Origin: Thermoanaerobaculia bacterium
GTDB lineage: Bacteria; Acidobacteriota; Thermoanaerobaculia; Gp7-AA8
Length of the DNA: 63,150 nucleotides
NCBI GenBank assembly: GCA_046594105.1
Contig: JBKJQB010000234.1
Location: 1-63,150 of the forward strand
Direction: 5' to 3'
Under the pieces are notes generated by a model. The model searched no databases and was not told the origin of the DNA. It was given only the letters and a program-made list of their open reading frames with translations. Each line of letters opens with the position of its first letter. Position 1 is the stretch's first letter. Positions 36,196-48,473 of the stretch are shown here, piece after piece. The position numbers were made by a program, and so were the translations under genes.

Positions 36196-37185
36196 CTAAG
36201 GAGTGGACGTTGAGGATGTGGATGTCGCCGGGAGCTCCTTGTACTGGAGCGCGATGGAAGCCGTCCCCACTTCCCGGCCATTCACTTCAGCGTGCGGGTA
36301 GATGAAGAAATTGAGCGGCTCGGCCGTGCGTGGCGTCAGGTTCAGGTCGCGGCCCATGGTGAAGTGCACGCGGTCCGGATCGAGATTGCCGAAGAGGTAG
36401 GCCCGGCGAGCCGGATCGCTCGATTTCGAAGCCTCGGAGGGATCGACCGGAATCCAGCCCTTTCCCTTGACGTAGAACTCCGCCCAGCAGTGGTAGCCGG
36501 CCACCGTTCCCGCACCGCCGGTGGCAGTCATGGGAAAGCCGATCACAAAGCGCGAAGGGATTCCCTTGGCGCGGGCCATGGACATGAAGAGCGAGTGGAA
36601 GTCGGTGCAGTTGCCGGCGCGGATGTCACAGGCACGTTCGCTGTCACCCTTTCCCCAGCCGGGGATGGTCTTGTCGTACTTCATGGTGGCCAGAAGGTGG
36701 TCGTAGATGGCCTGGGACTGCTCGATGGGCCCCGTTTTTCCAGCGGTGACTTCGTTCGCCAGTTTGCGCAGCCGAGGTGAGAGCGTGACCATCTTGTCCG
36801 GCTGGAGAGCGCGGCGGATCTCTGCTTTCGTTGCATCGCGATCGGGCAGCGTGGCCTGGGTGATCTCGCGCCGCGTGCCGATGAAATGGACCGGTATGCG
36901 CAACTCGCCCGCGGGAGGGTTCACGATCGTCGTGAAGGCGTAGAGATCGCCGAACTCCTTCTCGGTTTTGCGGCGCCAGTCGTAAGGAGAGTCGATGGTG
37001 ACGGCTTTGATGATCTGTCCATCGCCGCTCACCGGCAGAGGGATCCAGACGCTCATGATCGACGTTCCGGCCGGGATGTCCTTGATCGTGGCGATGTAGG
37101 TCGCCTCGAAACGCTTCACGCTCTCAACGGCGGTTAGCGGAAGAGCGGAAACTGCGAGTGCAAACAAAATGGCAATGCGGCGCAT
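36196..37185 (-). CDS. Secreted transglutaminase-like domain protein
   Basis: Signal peptide; Cys-His-Asp triad in GNCTDFH, HCWAEFY and VDPS; GGAGG ribosome-binding site. Confidence 0.88.
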   Translation of the reverse strand: MRRIAILFALAVSALPLTAVESVKRFEATYIATIKDIPAGTSIMSVWIPLPVSGDGQIIKAVTIDSPYDWRRKTEKEFGDLYAFTTIVNPPAGELRIPVHFIGTRREITQATLPDRDATKAEIRRALQPDKMVTLSPRLRKLANEVTAGKTGPIEQSQAIYDHLLATMKYDKTIPGWGKGDSERACDIRAGNCTDFHSLFMSMARAKGIPSRFVIGFPMTATGGAGTVAGYHCWAEFYVKGKGWIPVDPSEASKSSDPARRAYLFGNLDPDRVHFTMGRDLNLTPRTAEPLNFFIYPHAEVNGREVGTASIALQYKELPATSTSSTSTP

Positions 37186-37397
37186 GGTGAGTCTCCTCCA
37201 GCGGGGCGCGATCTTATCTGAAAAAATGCTGCAAATCGTCCGTTGACAAGTTTCAAATCGATGCGAACTGCAAGGGTTGGCCAGCTTTGGCAGGCGATGG
37301 AAGAAACAGGTGAACGCCTGTGTAGTCATTCGCTTAACCGGGCTTGCGCGGTGCCGTCGTTGTTCCGTACGCAGCAGGAGCGGGGAAATCGCAGAAA

Positions 37398-38801
37398 TCA
37401 CTTCGTGGCTGCGTCCCTGCCAGCGCCGCCGTCCATCGACTGAATCCAGACCGTCTTCACGTTGACGAACTCACGGATTCCGAAGACCCCCAACTCCCGT
37501 CCGAAACCGGAGTGCTTCACTCCTCCGAACGGCACGCGCGGGTCGGAGGCCACCATCGCGTTGACGAATACCTGCCCTGCCTCGATGCCATCGATGAAGC
37601 GCTCCGCTTCCAGCGGGTCGTTCGTCCAGACGCTGGAGCCCAAGCCGAAAGAGGTGTTGTTGGCAATGGCGATGGCCTCGTCAACGTCGCGCACACGAAA
37701 GAGCGAGGCGACCGGTCCGAAGGTCTCCTTCGTAGCCGCGGGAGAGTCCGGCGGGATGGAATCGAGCACCGTCGGCAGATAGAAGTTCCCTCCCCCTTCC
37801 CTCCGCCGGCCTCCGGTGAGCAACCTGGCCCCGGCAGCGACGGACTGACGAACCTGCTCTTCGATGTCCGCCAGGATTTGAGGAGTTGCCAGTGGACCGA
37901 CCTCCGTGCCTTTTTCCATCGGATCGCCGACGCGGAGCGCTTCCATGGCTGCGACGAATTGCCTGGTGAATTCATCCGCGATCGCCTCGTGCAGAATGAA
38001 GCGCTTGGCCGCGATGCAGGACTGCCCGTTGTTGACGATGCGGGCCTTCACGCCGACCTTCACCGCCTGGGCCATATCGGCCGAAGGCATCACGATGAAG
38101 GGATCGCTGCCACCGAGCTCGAGCACGGTCTTCTTGATGCGCTTCGCCGCGATGCTGGCCACCGAGGCGCCTGCCGCCTCACTGCCGGTGAGGGTGGCCG
38201 CCTTGACCCGATCGTCGTTCAGAATTGACGGAATGGCATCGGAGCCGATCAGAAGAGTCTGGAACTCGCCGTCGACGAACCCTGCCTGGCGAAACACATC
38301 CTCGATGGCCAGAGCGCACTGCGGAACATTCGAGGCATGTTTCAGAAGACCGACGTTGCCGGCCATCAGGGCCGGTGCGGCGAAGCGGAAGACCTGCCAG
38401 AAAGGAAAGTTCCAGGGCATGACGGCGAGCACCGGGCCGATGGGCTCGTAGCGGATGAACGTTCGCCAGGCGTCCGTGAGCACCGGCTCGTCGGCGAGGT
38501 AGCGTCCCGCCTCGTCCGCGTAATGCCTGCACACCAGAGCGCACTTGGCAACCTCGGCGATGGCGGCCTCCAGGGGCTTGCCCATTTCGAGAGTGATGAC
38601 TTCTCCCAGTTCGTCCCGGCGCTCTTCGAGGATGTCCGCCGCCCGGCGCATGCGCATTGCTCGCTCTTCAAGACTTCGCCCCCGGTTGACCCGGAAGGCA
38701 TCGATGGAGCGAGATAACGCCGCCTCGATTCCACCCGCATCGAGCGAGGTGAAGGTTTTGATCGTTTTCCCGGTGGCCGGGTTTACCGTCGCAATCGCCA
38801 T
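37398..38801 (-). CDS. NAD(P)-dependent succinate-semialdehyde dehydrogenase-like aldehyde dehydrogenase
   Basis: MPWNFPFWQ, LELGGSDP, GQSCIAAKR, ETFGP and PFGGVKHSG motifs. Confidence 0.9.
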   Translation of the reverse strand: MAIATVNPATGKTIKTFTSLDAGGIEAALSRSIDAFRVNRGRSLEERAMRMRRAADILEERRDELGEVITLEMGKPLEAAIAEVAKCALVCRHYADEAGRYLADEPVLTDAWRTFIRYEPIGPVLAVMPWNFPFWQVFRFAAPALMAGNVGLLKHASNVPQCALAIEDVFRQAGFVDGEFQTLLIGSDAIPSILNDDRVKAATLTGSEAAGASVASIAAKRIKKTVLELGGSDPFIVMPSADMAQAVKVGVKARIVNNGQSCIAAKRFILHEAIADEFTRQFVAAMEALRVGDPMEKGTEVGPLATPQILADIEEQVRQSVAAGARLLTGGRRREGGGNFYLPTVLDSIPPDSPAATKETFGPVASLFRVRDVDEAIAIANNTSFGLGSSVWTNDPLEAERFIDGIEAGQVFVNAMVASDPRVPFGGVKHSGFGRELGVFGIREFVNVKTVWIQSMDGGAGRDAATK

Positions 38802-38884
38802 TTCGATTTCAACCTCTGCTATTCTCGGCAGTCATCCAGCAAGTTTGATGTCCATCACCACCAAACCCTCGGTAAGGAGTTCTC

Positions 38885-41881
38885 ATGAACACTTTGAAAC
38901 CAGCGCGTTTCGTGATCCTGCTGTGCCTGCTCGTTCTGATGCCTGTCGTCTCATTCGCACAGAGCAGCAATGGATCCATCTCCGGTAATGTCACTGACCT
39001 AAGCGGCGGAGCGCTGCCGGGAGTCAGCGTTACCGCGTCCAACATTGCCACCCATGCAACTCGCGTGGCAGTCAGTAATGGGAGCGGCCATTACGACATG
39101 CTCCTGCTGCCGCCCGGAACGTACTCCGTATCGGCTGAACTGGCCGGCTTCCAGGCGGTACGGTACGAACGGATTGTGGTGAACGTCGGGACCGGCACGG
39201 GCCTGAACCTCAAGATGGCGCCGGGTGTCACCGACGTTCTGACGGTTACCGCTTCCGCGCCGCTGGTGGAGACGACGCGTTCCGAGGTCAGCTCAGTGGT
39301 CAACGAAAAGGCCATCCAGAATCTGCCGGTGAACGGGCGCAACTTCCTCGACTTCGTCCTGACCACTCCAGGCGTGGTGCGCGATCCCCGGGGAGGGGAC
39401 ATCAGCTTCGCCGGTCAGAAGGGCACGCTCAACAGCGTCATCGTTGATGGCGCCGACAACAACAACACCTTCTTCGGCCAGTCCCTCGGCCGCACCGGCG
39501 TCCGCGCTCCCTACCAGTTCTCTCAGGACGCGGTGAAGGAGTTCCAGGTCAACACCAACGCCTACTCGGCGGAATTCGGGCGTGCCGGTGGCGCCGTCAT
39601 CAACGTCATCACCAAGTCGGGAACCAACGAGTTCCAGGGCACACTGTTCGATTTCTACCGCGACAAGAAGTACCGGGCGAACGACTACCTGAATCAGCTG
39701 CGCAACCTACCGAAGAGCCCTTACCACTTCGATCAGTACGGTGGAAGCTTCGGCGGGCCGATCGTGCGCGACAAGCACTTCTTCTTCGCCAACTACGACG
39801 CGCAGAGAAACTCGATCCCGAACGCAACATCCCTCGGCGTCTCCGGCGTGCCTTCGAACGTCGCCGCGGCAGACGTGCCGGCGGCGCAGGCCGCACTGCA
39901 GTTCCTTTCCACGAAGGCTCTGGCCTACAGCAACAAGCAGAATCAGGACGTCATCCTGCTGAAGACCGATCACGAGCTTCCCGGCAGCAACCATGTGGCG
40001 ATCCGCTACAACCGCCAGAGCTTCACCGGCGCGAACTTCGAGAATGGTGGATTGCAGAGCGCTGCCGAGCACACCGGCGACTCCGTGGTCCACACCACCA
40101 CGCTGTCCGGGGTGGCCACGTCCATTCTCAAGAACACGCTCTTCAACGAGGTTCGCGCGCAGTACGCCAAGGATCAGGAACCGGGCCGTGCAAACAGCGC
40201 CGACCCTGAGGCGACCATCCGCCAGGGCGGGGCAACCGTTCTGGTCATCGGACGCAACAGCTTCAGCCCCCGCGAGACCACCATCCATCGCGCCCAGATT
40301 GCGGACACCGTGACCTATCTGTTTTCCACCCACACCGTGAAGGGCGGTTTCGACTACAACCGCGACAAGATCTTCAACTTCTTCCCGGGCAACTTCTCGG
40401 GTGTTTACACATTCAACTCGCTGGCGGACTTCACCAACAAGAAGCCGGCCACGTACCTCCAGAACTTTGCTGGCGACGGCACTTCGGGCGGGACGACCCA
40501 TCCGAATCTGACCGATCAAGCGGTGTTCGCCGAAGATCAGTGGCAGGTCATGCCTGCGTTGACTCTGAACCTGGGAGTTCGTTACGACCGGCAGGTCCTG
40601 GCGCAGCCCAGCGTTCGCAATCCCGATGCGAAGCTCCTAGCCGCCGGTCTCGACACCAGCCGGATCCACCAGGACAAGAACAACTTCGCCCCCCGTCTCG
40701 GTTTCGCCTGGACCCCCGGCGCCGACGCCCGCACCGTCGTCCGTGGCGGCTACGGTGTCTTCTACGGCCGCACGCCGGCGATCATGGTGGGCACCGCGCA
40801 TTCGCAGAACGGAATCCAGGTGAAGTCGATCAACTTCCCGGCTGCGCTGGCGCCGGTCTATCCCGGTCGCTTCGATGCGCTGCCATCGGCCCTGGCCAAC
40901 CTGCCGCAGAACATCTTCGTGTTCGCCCCCGACTTTCAGAACCCTCGTATCAGCCAGTCGAGCGTCGGCGTGGAGCGCGCTCTGACGAATGACCTTTCCC
41001 TGGGCGTGAGCTACCAGTACGTGACCGGCAGCTCGCTTCCGCGCACGGTCGACTCGAACATCGGCACCTCCACCATCGTGAACACGCCGATCTTTGATGT
41101 GAACAATGTCCAGATCGGCACCGTCGATCACAAGGTCTATTCGAGTGCGGGGCGACCCTTTCCGACCTTCAACCGCGTGCTCCAGGCCCAGAGCAACGGA
41201 CGTTCGAAATACAACGGCGTGACCCTCGATCTGAACAAGCGCTACTCCGACAATTTCCAGGCCCGGCTGGCGTACACGCACTCCAAGGCCAGAGACAACC
41301 GCCCGGATGCCACCATTGTGGTCGCCGGTGTGGACGACGCCCGTGAGGTGCAGGACGCGAACAACATCGCCGATGACTATTCATTCGGCGATTCCGATGT
41401 ACGGAATCGCGTGGTTCTCAGCGGGGTGTGGAACCTCCACTACTTCGACGCCCTCCAGAGCGCGACCGCGCACGCATTGCTCAGCGGCTGGTCCTTCGCG
41501 GCCATCGCCGCCTACCAGAGCGGACAGCCCTACACGCCGATCATCAACGGTGACTTCAACAACGATCTGAACCGCAGCAACGATCGCGCGCCTGGCTTCG
41601 CCCGCAACTCGCTGCGGCTTCCCTCGCAGGTTTCCATCGATCCGCGGCTGACGCGCGACATTCATCTCTTCGGCGCATCACACCTCCAGCTGATTGCCGA
41701 GGCGTTCAACATCACCAACCGCTCCAATGTGTCGCGCGTCCGGAATACCTACGCGTCGTACTCCGGCGCGACGACCAACAAGCTGACCCTCGGTGCGGTG
41801 AATCCGATCAACGGGTTTCAGTCGGCGTCGGCGACCAGCGGTCCCCGTACGTACCAGTTCGCCGCCAAACTTCTCTTCTGA
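38885..41881 (+). CDS. TonB-dependent outer-membrane receptor (Oar-like)
   Basis: Signal peptide, carboxypeptidase-regulatory-like N-terminus, LPVNGRNF, VKEFQV, TKSGTNEF, NNFAPRLGFAW and terminal Phe. Confidence 0.93.
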   Translation: MNTLKPARFVILLCLLVLMPVVSFAQSSNGSISGNVTDLSGGALPGVSVTASNIATHATRVAVSNGSGHYDMLLLPPGTYSVSAELAGFQAVRYERIVVNVGTGTGLNLKMAPGVTDVLTVTASAPLVETTRSEVSSVVNEKAIQNLPVNGRNFLDFVLTTPGVVRDPRGGDISFAGQKGTLNSVIVDGADNNNTFFGQSLGRTGVRAPYQFSQDAVKEFQVNTNAYSAEFGRAGGAVINVITKSGTNEFQGTLFDFYRDKKYRANDYLNQLRNLPKSPYHFDQYGGSFGGPIVRDKHFFFANYDAQRNSIPNATSLGVSGVPSNVAAADVPAAQAALQFLSTKALAYSNKQNQDVILLKTDHELPGSNHVAIRYNRQSFTGANFENGGLQSAAEHTGDSVVHTTTLSGVATSILKNTLFNEVRAQYAKDQEPGRANSADPEATIRQGGATVLVIGRNSFSPRETTIHRAQIADTVTYLFSTHTVKGGFDYNRDKIFNFFPGNFSGVYTFNSLADFTNKKPATYLQNFAGDGTSGGTTHPNLTDQAVFAEDQWQVMPALTLNLGVRYDRQVLAQPSVRNPDAKLLAAGLDTSRIHQDKNNFAPRLGFAWTPGADARTVVRGGYGVFYGRTPAIMVGTAHSQNGIQVKSINFPAALAPVYPGRFDALPSALANLPQNIFVFAPDFQNPRISQSSVGVERALTNDLSLGVSYQYVTGSSLPRTVDSNIGTSTIVNTPIFDVNNVQIGTVDHKVYSSAGRPFPTFNRVLQAQSNGRSKYNGVTLDLNKRYSDNFQARLAYTHSKARDNRPDATIVVAGVDDAREVQDANNIADDYSFGDSDVRNRVVLSGVWNLHYFDALQSATAHALLSGWSFAAIAAYQSGQPYTPIINGDFNNDLNRSNDRAPGFARNSLRLPSQVSIDPRLTRDIHLFGASHLQLIAEAFNITNRSNVSRVRNTYASYSGATTNKLTLGAVNPINGFQSASATSGPRTYQFAAKLLF

Positions 41882-41899
41882 CCCGATCGTAACGGAATC

Positions 41900-41936
41900 A
41901 AAAAAAAGGCCGCCGGGCAAACCGGCGGCCTTTTTT
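41900..41936. terminator. Bidirectional intrinsic terminator
   Basis: A-run, GGCCGCCGG/CCGGCGGCC stem, T-run, just after the receptor stop. Confidence 0.9.
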
Positions 41937-41981
41937 GTCTGATGCCCCCGAACGCTTCTGCCCCTGAAGGGAGACCATCCC

Positions 41982-42020
41982 TTGACAACCGTAATTAGTA
42001 ACTATACGTTAAGTTACTAA
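41982..42020 (+). promoter_or_regulatory. Sigma-70 promoter with overlapping TetR-type operator
   Basis: TTGACA-17-TACGTT overlapped by the palindrome TTAGTAACT-N8-AGTTACTAA, which ends 2 nt before the ATG. Confidence 0.8.
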
Positions 42021-42022
42021 CC

Positions 42023-42838
42023 ATGGGACGTCCTCCCCGCATCACCCGGATCCAGGTCCTCGAGGCTGCCCGCTCCATCTTTGTTCAGAGAGGTTTTGAG
42101 GCCACCACACTTGCGGAGATTGCCGGCGGTCTCGGCGTGACGCCTGCCGCGGTGCTCCGCCACTGCGGCTCCAAACAGAAGCTGTTCACCATGGCCATGC
42201 AGGGCGCCCCAGTGGAGTTGCCGGAATTCATCGCGGACCTTCGCCTGATCGATCCCTCCACCGATCCCCGGACGGTGCTGCGCAACCTCGCGGAGCGATT
42301 TGTCCCCTTCGTCCAGGCCACGCTCGGCGCGAATCTCGCCGTCTACATGCACGGCCGATCGCAGACCTCCTTCGTCATCCCGTTCGACACCAGCAGCAAC
42401 GACACACCACCGCGGCGCGGCCTCCGCATCGTCACTGACTATTTTCGGCGGGCCGCTAATGCCGGTGTGATGCGCGTTCAGGATCCCCGCGCCGCCGCCC
42501 TCCTCTTCATGGGATCTCTGCAGTCCTACGTATTTCTTCATCAGGTTCTCAACGTCGCCGCGAAACCCTTCCCGCTCTCCATCTGGATCGATCAACTGAT
42601 CGATGTCTGGACCTCGGGAGCCATCGTCACCGGAGGTCGCCATGTCCCTTTCCAGACCGCAACTCGTCAAACGGATTCTGCTTCTCTCCCTCCTGGCAGC
42701 CCTGGCCGTCGCGGCGTTTCTGTGGGTTCGGGCAAGCCGCCGACCGCAGAAGATGGTGGTGTCGGGGACCCTGGAAGCACGGACAGTCAATGTCGGGTCG
42801 TTGTACGGCGGCCGCGTAGTCGCCGTCCTCGTGGATGA
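42023..42838 (+). CDS. TetR/AcrR family regulator
   Basis: N-terminal HTH (GRPP, F..RGFEATTLAEIA). The last ~65 codons overlap the next gene. Confidence 0.85.
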   Translation: MGRPPRITRIQVLEAARSIFVQRGFEATTLAEIAGGLGVTPAAVLRHCGSKQKLFTMAMQGAPVELPEFIADLRLIDPSTDPRTVLRNLAERFVPFVQATLGANLAVYMHGRSQTSFVIPFDTSSNDTPPRRGLRIVTDYFRRAANAGVMRVQDPRAAALLFMGSLQSYVFLHQVLNVAAKPFPLSIWIDQLIDVWTSGAIVTGGRHVPFQTATRQTDSASLPPGSPGRRGVSVGSGKPPTAEDGGVGDPGSTDSQCRVVVRRPRSRRPRG

Positions 42839-43607
42839 GGGCGTCACGGTAACCGCAGGCCAGAGTCTGGTCCGTCTGGAGACCGACACCATTGACCACC
42901 AGATCGCCGAACAGCGCGCCGCGATCGACTCCGCGCGATCGCAGCTGGCCAAGGGGTTGGCTGGCCCTCGTTCCATGGAGATCTCCAGGGCCTCCTCCGT
43001 GGCAGCCAACGACGAGCGCGAGCGCAGGCGGATGGTGGCTCTCTACCGAGCCGGAATCGTTGCGAAGCAGATGCTCGACGATGTGACCACCCGAGCAAAA
43101 ACCTCGGCCGACGATGTGCGGCTGTTGCAGCAGGGGACGAGGAAGGAAGATCTCGACGCCTTACGCGCGGCCTTGGAACAACAGCAACGCCGACTGGAGA
43201 CGCTCCTCCGACAGCGAGCGGAAACCGATGTTCGCTCCAGCGTTGCCGGAGTGGTGCAGTCGTTCGCGCTCCGTCCGGGAGACCTGGTGGCACCGAACCA
43301 GCCAGTTGCCGAGATCCTCGAGTCCAGCCAGTTGTGGGCTCGCGTGTACGTTGCTGAGACGGACCTTGGTCACGTGGTCGTCGGCCAGAAGGTGCGCCTC
43401 CGCATCGATACCGCCCCCGACGTCTGGTTCGCGGGAACCGTCGGTTCGATCAGCAGCAAGGGGGAGTACACCCCTCGAAACATCCAGACGCGAGCGCAGC
43501 GAGCGGAAGAAGTCTTTGCAGTCCGAGTCCTGATCGAACCCGACCCACGACTGAAGGCAGGCATGGCCGCCGACGTCGATCTGGGACTCTCCGAGGGTTC
43601 GAAGTGA
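42642..43607 (+). CDS. HlyD-family periplasmic adaptor (YbhG-like)
   Basis: GGAGG RBS, TM anchor, SGTLEA, VDEG, and EYTPRNIQT motif. Confidence 0.9.
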   Translation: MSLSRPQLVKRILLLSLLAALAVAAFLWVRASRRPQKMVVSGTLEARTVNVGSLYGGRVVAVLVDEGVTVTAGQSLVRLETDTIDHQIAEQRAAIDSARSQLAKGLAGPRSMEISRASSVAANDERERRRMVALYRAGIVAKQMLDDVTTRAKTSADDVRLLQQGTRKEDLDALRAALEQQQRRLETLLRQRAETDVRSSVAGVVQSFALRPGDLVAPNQPVAEILESSQLWARVYVAETDLGHVVVGQKVRLRIDTAPDVWFAGTVGSISSKGEYTPRNIQTRAQRAEEVFAVRVLIEPDPRLKAGMAADVDLGLSEGSK

Positions 43608-44584
43608 GCACGGAACTGGGGGTGGACGTTCAACAGGTGACGCGCGACTTCGGCAGTTTTCGGGCGCTCGATTCCGTCACACTCCAGGTTCCCCGCGGCC
43701 AGATTTTCGGCCTGCTGGGACCGAACGGCTCAGGGAAATCGACGCTGATCCGGGTCCTGTGCGGGTTGCTGACGCCGACGAGCGGAAATGCCAGGGTCGA
43801 CGGTTTCGATGTGGCGCGGGAAGGCGAGGAGGTACGGCGACACATCGGCTATGTCTCTCAGGCCTTTTCGCTGTATCGCGATCTGACGGTCCAGGAGAAT
43901 CTCGATTTCTTCAGCTCCATCTACCGGCTGAAGGGAGCTGAGCGCAAGGAGCGGATCGAATGGGCCATCGACCTGACTCACATCGGACCGTATCGACACC
44001 GGCTTGCTGGAGCGCTGTCGGGAGGCTGGAAGCAGCGGCTGGCCCTGGCCGCCTCGCTCATGCACAGGCCGCGAGTGATTTTTCTCGATGAGCCGACCGC
44101 GGGGATCGATCCCGTAGCCCGCCGCGAGCTTTGGGATCTGCTCTTCGAGCTCTCTGCTGGTGGCGTGACGATGTTCGTGACCACTCACTACATGGACGAA
44201 GCGGAGCGCTGCGAGTCCGTGGCCTATCTGTACATGTCGCGGTTGATCGTCGCCGGGAGACCGGACGAGCTCAAGAAACTCCCCGAAGTTACACCGGAAG
44301 GAACACGGCGAGTGCAGGCGGAGTGCAGCGAAGGTGTGGCCAGACTGATGACGTCCGCGCGAACGCTCCCCTACGTCCATTCCGCCACGATCTTCGGCAC
44401 GTCATTGCACCTGCTGGTGGCCGCGGATGTCTCGGACTCGAAGCTCGGGAACGACCTTCGAGGTTTTGGGATCGGCGAGGTCAAGCTCAGCGCGATCGAC
44501 CCATCGCTGGAAGACGTCTTTGTCAGGCTGACCGAGACCCGGGGAAAGGAAATCGAGACGGCAAGGCTGGGAGCGAAGTCGTGA
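43604..44584 (+). CDS. ABC transporter ATP-binding protein (YbhF-like)
   Basis: [22 protein letters not shown] and THYMDEAE motifs. Confidence 0.93.
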   Translation: MSTELGVDVQQVTRDFGSFRALDSVTLQVPRGQIFGLLGPNGSGKSTLIRVLCGLLTPTSGNARVDGFDVAREGEEVRRHIGYVSQAFSLYRDLTVQENLDFFSSIYRLKGAERKERIEWAIDLTHIGPYRHRLAGALSGGWKQRLALAASLMHRPRVIFLDEPTAGIDPVARRELWDLLFELSAGGVTMFVTTHYMDEAERCESVAYLYMSRLIVAGRPDELKKLPEVTPEGTRRVQAECSEGVARLMTSARTLPYVHSATIFGTSLHLLVAADVSDSKLGNDLRGFGIGEVKLSAIDPSLEDVFVRLTETRGKEIETARLGAKS

Positions 44585-45684
44585 GCGGGTTCGCGGCCGT
44601 CTTCCGCAAAGAACTGACGCAGATGATGCGCGATCGGGCCACGGTGATGTTTGCGCTGGCCATCCCGGTGTTCGAGATGATCCTCTTCGGCGTGATCGAC
44701 ATGAACGCCAAAAATATCCCCACGGCAATCCTCGATCAGAGCCGAACCCAGGAAAGCCGCCAGCTGGTGGAACAGTTCCAGGCCACTTCCTATCTTCGCG
44801 TCGTCGACTACCCCGCCTCGCGTGCGGATCTGCAGCACGCCATCGTTGCCGGGCGCGCGCAAGTGGCCATCGAGATTCCGCCCGACTACGCGCGAAATCT
44901 CTCTGCCGGCCGGCACGCCGACGTCCTGGTGATGATCGACGGATCTGACTCCAGCATCGCCAACTCCGCGCTCGCTGCCGCCAATGGCGTGATCCTGAAC
45001 GAATCCCTTCGCAGATTGATCGAGAGCGCCAGACAAGCACCGATGATCGACGCGCATCCGGTCATGATGTTCAACCCCGACATGCGCAGCGCGAACCTGC
45101 TGATCCCCGGCCTGATCGCCATCCTGCTCACCTTCTCCGGCACGATGCTGTCCGCGTTTGCCATCGTGAAGGAACGCGAGCGCGGGACTCTGGAACAGCT
45201 GATGGTGACGCCGGTATCACCGCTGGCGGTGGTGGTCGGCAAGCTGCTTCCTTACCTCGGGCTGGCCTACGTCCAGCTCATTCTCATCGTCTTCCTGATG
45301 AACGTGTTGTTCCGAGTGCCCATCCACGGAAGCGCCACTCTGCTCATGCTGCTCTCGCCAATCTACCTGATGTCGCTGCTATCGGTTGGTCTTCTGGTGT
45401 CTTCGAGGGCCACGACGCAGATGGAAGCCATGCAGAGAGCGATGGCGGTGATGCTGCCGTCGGTGCTCCTGTCCGGTTACGTGTTTCCGCTCTCCTCACT
45501 GCCGGCACCGCTGCGGGTCGTCTCGTATCTGCTGCCGGCGACGCACTTCATCAAGATTGCACGTGGAATCGTCATCCGGGGAGCAAGCCTGGCTGATCTC
45601 TGGGAGCCGGTCCTCGCTCTGGTGGTGATCTCGGTTGTGCTGGTGGCGGCCAGTGCTCGCGCGTTCCAGAAAACGGTGGCCTGA
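44581..45684 (+). CDS. ABC-2 type transporter permease (YbhR/YbhS-like)
   Basis: [15 protein letters not shown] and multiple TM helices. GTG start overlaps the ATPase stop. Confidence 0.92.
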   Translation: MSGFAAVFRKELTQMMRDRATVMFALAIPVFEMILFGVIDMNAKNIPTAILDQSRTQESRQLVEQFQATSYLRVVDYPASRADLQHAIVAGRAQVAIEIPPDYARNLSAGRHADVLVMIDGSDSSIANSALAAANGVILNESLRRLIESARQAPMIDAHPVMMFNPDMRSANLLIPGLIAILLTFSGTMLSAFAIVKERERGTLEQLMVTPVSPLAVVVGKLLPYLGLAYVQLILIVFLMNVLFRVPIHGSATLLMLLSPIYLMSLLSVGLLVSSRATTQMEAMQRAMAVMLPSVLLSGYVFPLSSLPAPLRVVSYLLPATHFIKIARGIVIRGASLADLWEPVLALVVISVVLVAASARAFQKTVA

Positions 45685-45693
45685 CCGAACGCC

Positions 45694-46436
45694 TCAGCGA
45701 ACGGCGACGATCTGCACGTTCTTGCCTTCCCCTCGCTGGCCGAACCCGGACCCAGCGAACGAAGACTCGTAGCGTGTGACCAGCAGCCGGTCGGCATAGC
45801 GTGAGAACACCCAGGACTGCCTGTTCTTCATCTCACCCTTGAGAAAAAGAAAGCCGGCCGTGCCTCTCTGAATCCGTTCCGCCGCCAGCGGGATGTTGTC
45901 TGCGCCCACCCAGAGTCGCAGCGTGTCGTCCGAAAAATTAACGTGGAACACCGTGGTCGCTTCCGGGTTGAGTCTGGGATTCAGCTTCATGACCAGAAGA
46001 TGGGCCGGGTGCCCCTGCCAGACCGTCTTGCTGTCGCTGATGGGTTTGGCAATCGCCAGCAGACGGAGCATGGCTCGGGCGTAATCGAGATCGTCCGAAA
46101 GAGTGGTCGCGTCGATCTCCGCCAGCGTCGAGCGTACCGGTGTCGACTTCTTCGGATCCCACTGATGCTCCACCGCTTCGGTCGTGGCCCGCTCCAGAAG
46201 TGGCTGGGAAAAGGTGATCCGCAATCCCGTGGGGTCCGCCACGACATCCACCGTTGCCGAACCGTTGGACTCGTTGTTGGCGAATCGCCCCTGCGCTTTG
46301 CGGGACCGCTGCAGCTCGAAGGTGGCGTGGATGGGCGCAGCTCCCCGGAGCGAAGCCAGTGCCGTCCGGATGTCCGCGGTGGTGTCGGCGTTGATGACCG
46401 AGGGACAGAGCAGGAGAGCGATGAGCAGAGGCGTTT

Positions 46437-46440
<4 letters not shown>
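45694..46440 (-). CDS. Hypothetical secreted protein
   Basis: Signal-peptide-like N-terminus, beta-rich; GTG start overlaps the hslU stop. Confidence 0.7.
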
Positions 46441-47840
<1,400 letters not shown>

Positions 47841-47853
47841 GATCAAAGGAGGC

Positions 47854-48393
47854 TCAAAGCGTTTCGACCGTGATGTGGTCGTTGGTGTAGATGCAGATCG
47901 ATGCGGCCACGCGAAGGGCTTCCCCTGCGATTTTGGCGGCGTCCATGTCGGTGTGCTGCAGCAATGCCCGCGCCGCCGCCAGTGCGTAAGGGCCGCCGGA
48001 GCCGATCGCCAGCAGGCCGTCGTCCGGCTGAATGAGGTCGCCCGTGCCGGAGATCAGGTAGGCACGCTCCGCATTGGCCACGATCAGGAACGCCTGGAGC
48101 TGGCGAAGGTATTTATCCATCCGCCAATCCTTCGCCAGTTCGACCACGGAGCGCTCCATGTTGCCCCGGTACTCCTCGAGCTTCGCCTCGAAGCGGGCAT
48201 ACAGCGCGAACGCATCGGCGGCACTTCCGGCAAACCCCGCAAGAATCTTGTCGTGGTAGAGCCGCCGGACTTTCGCCGCCCCATGCTTCATGACCGTGTT
48301 GCCTACCGTGACCTGACCGTCGCCGGCCATGGCCACGGCACCGTCGCGGCGGACACAGAGCACGGTGGTGGCGTGGATGGTGAGCGGTTCCAT
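47854..48393 (-). CDS. hslV: ATP-dependent protease peptidase subunit HslV
   Basis: HATTV propeptide site, GDGQVT, GFAG, IGSGG and CIYTN motifs. Confidence 0.97.
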   Translation of the reverse strand: MEPLTIHATTVLCVRRDGAVAMAGDGQVTVGNTVMKHGAAKVRRLYHDKILAGFAGSAADAFALYARFEAKLEEYRGNMERSVVELAKDWRMDKYLRQLQAFLIVANAERAYLISGTGDLIQPDDGLLAIGSGGPYALAAARALLQHTDMDAAKIAGEALRVAASICIYTNDHITVETL

Positions 48394-48473
48394 GGCCGGC
48401 AGATCGTATCAAAGAGAGCGGGGACGCTCCGGTGCGGTTCGGTGAACGTCAGCGACCTGTACCGCTTCGTCAG

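Noticed and set aside
35052-37400. Genomic island integrated at tRNA-Asn
   Set aside because: No integrase, and I saw no duplicated tRNA 3' end.
45935-45950. Third parS site (ACGTGGAACA)
   Set aside because: Only one half matches the consensus.
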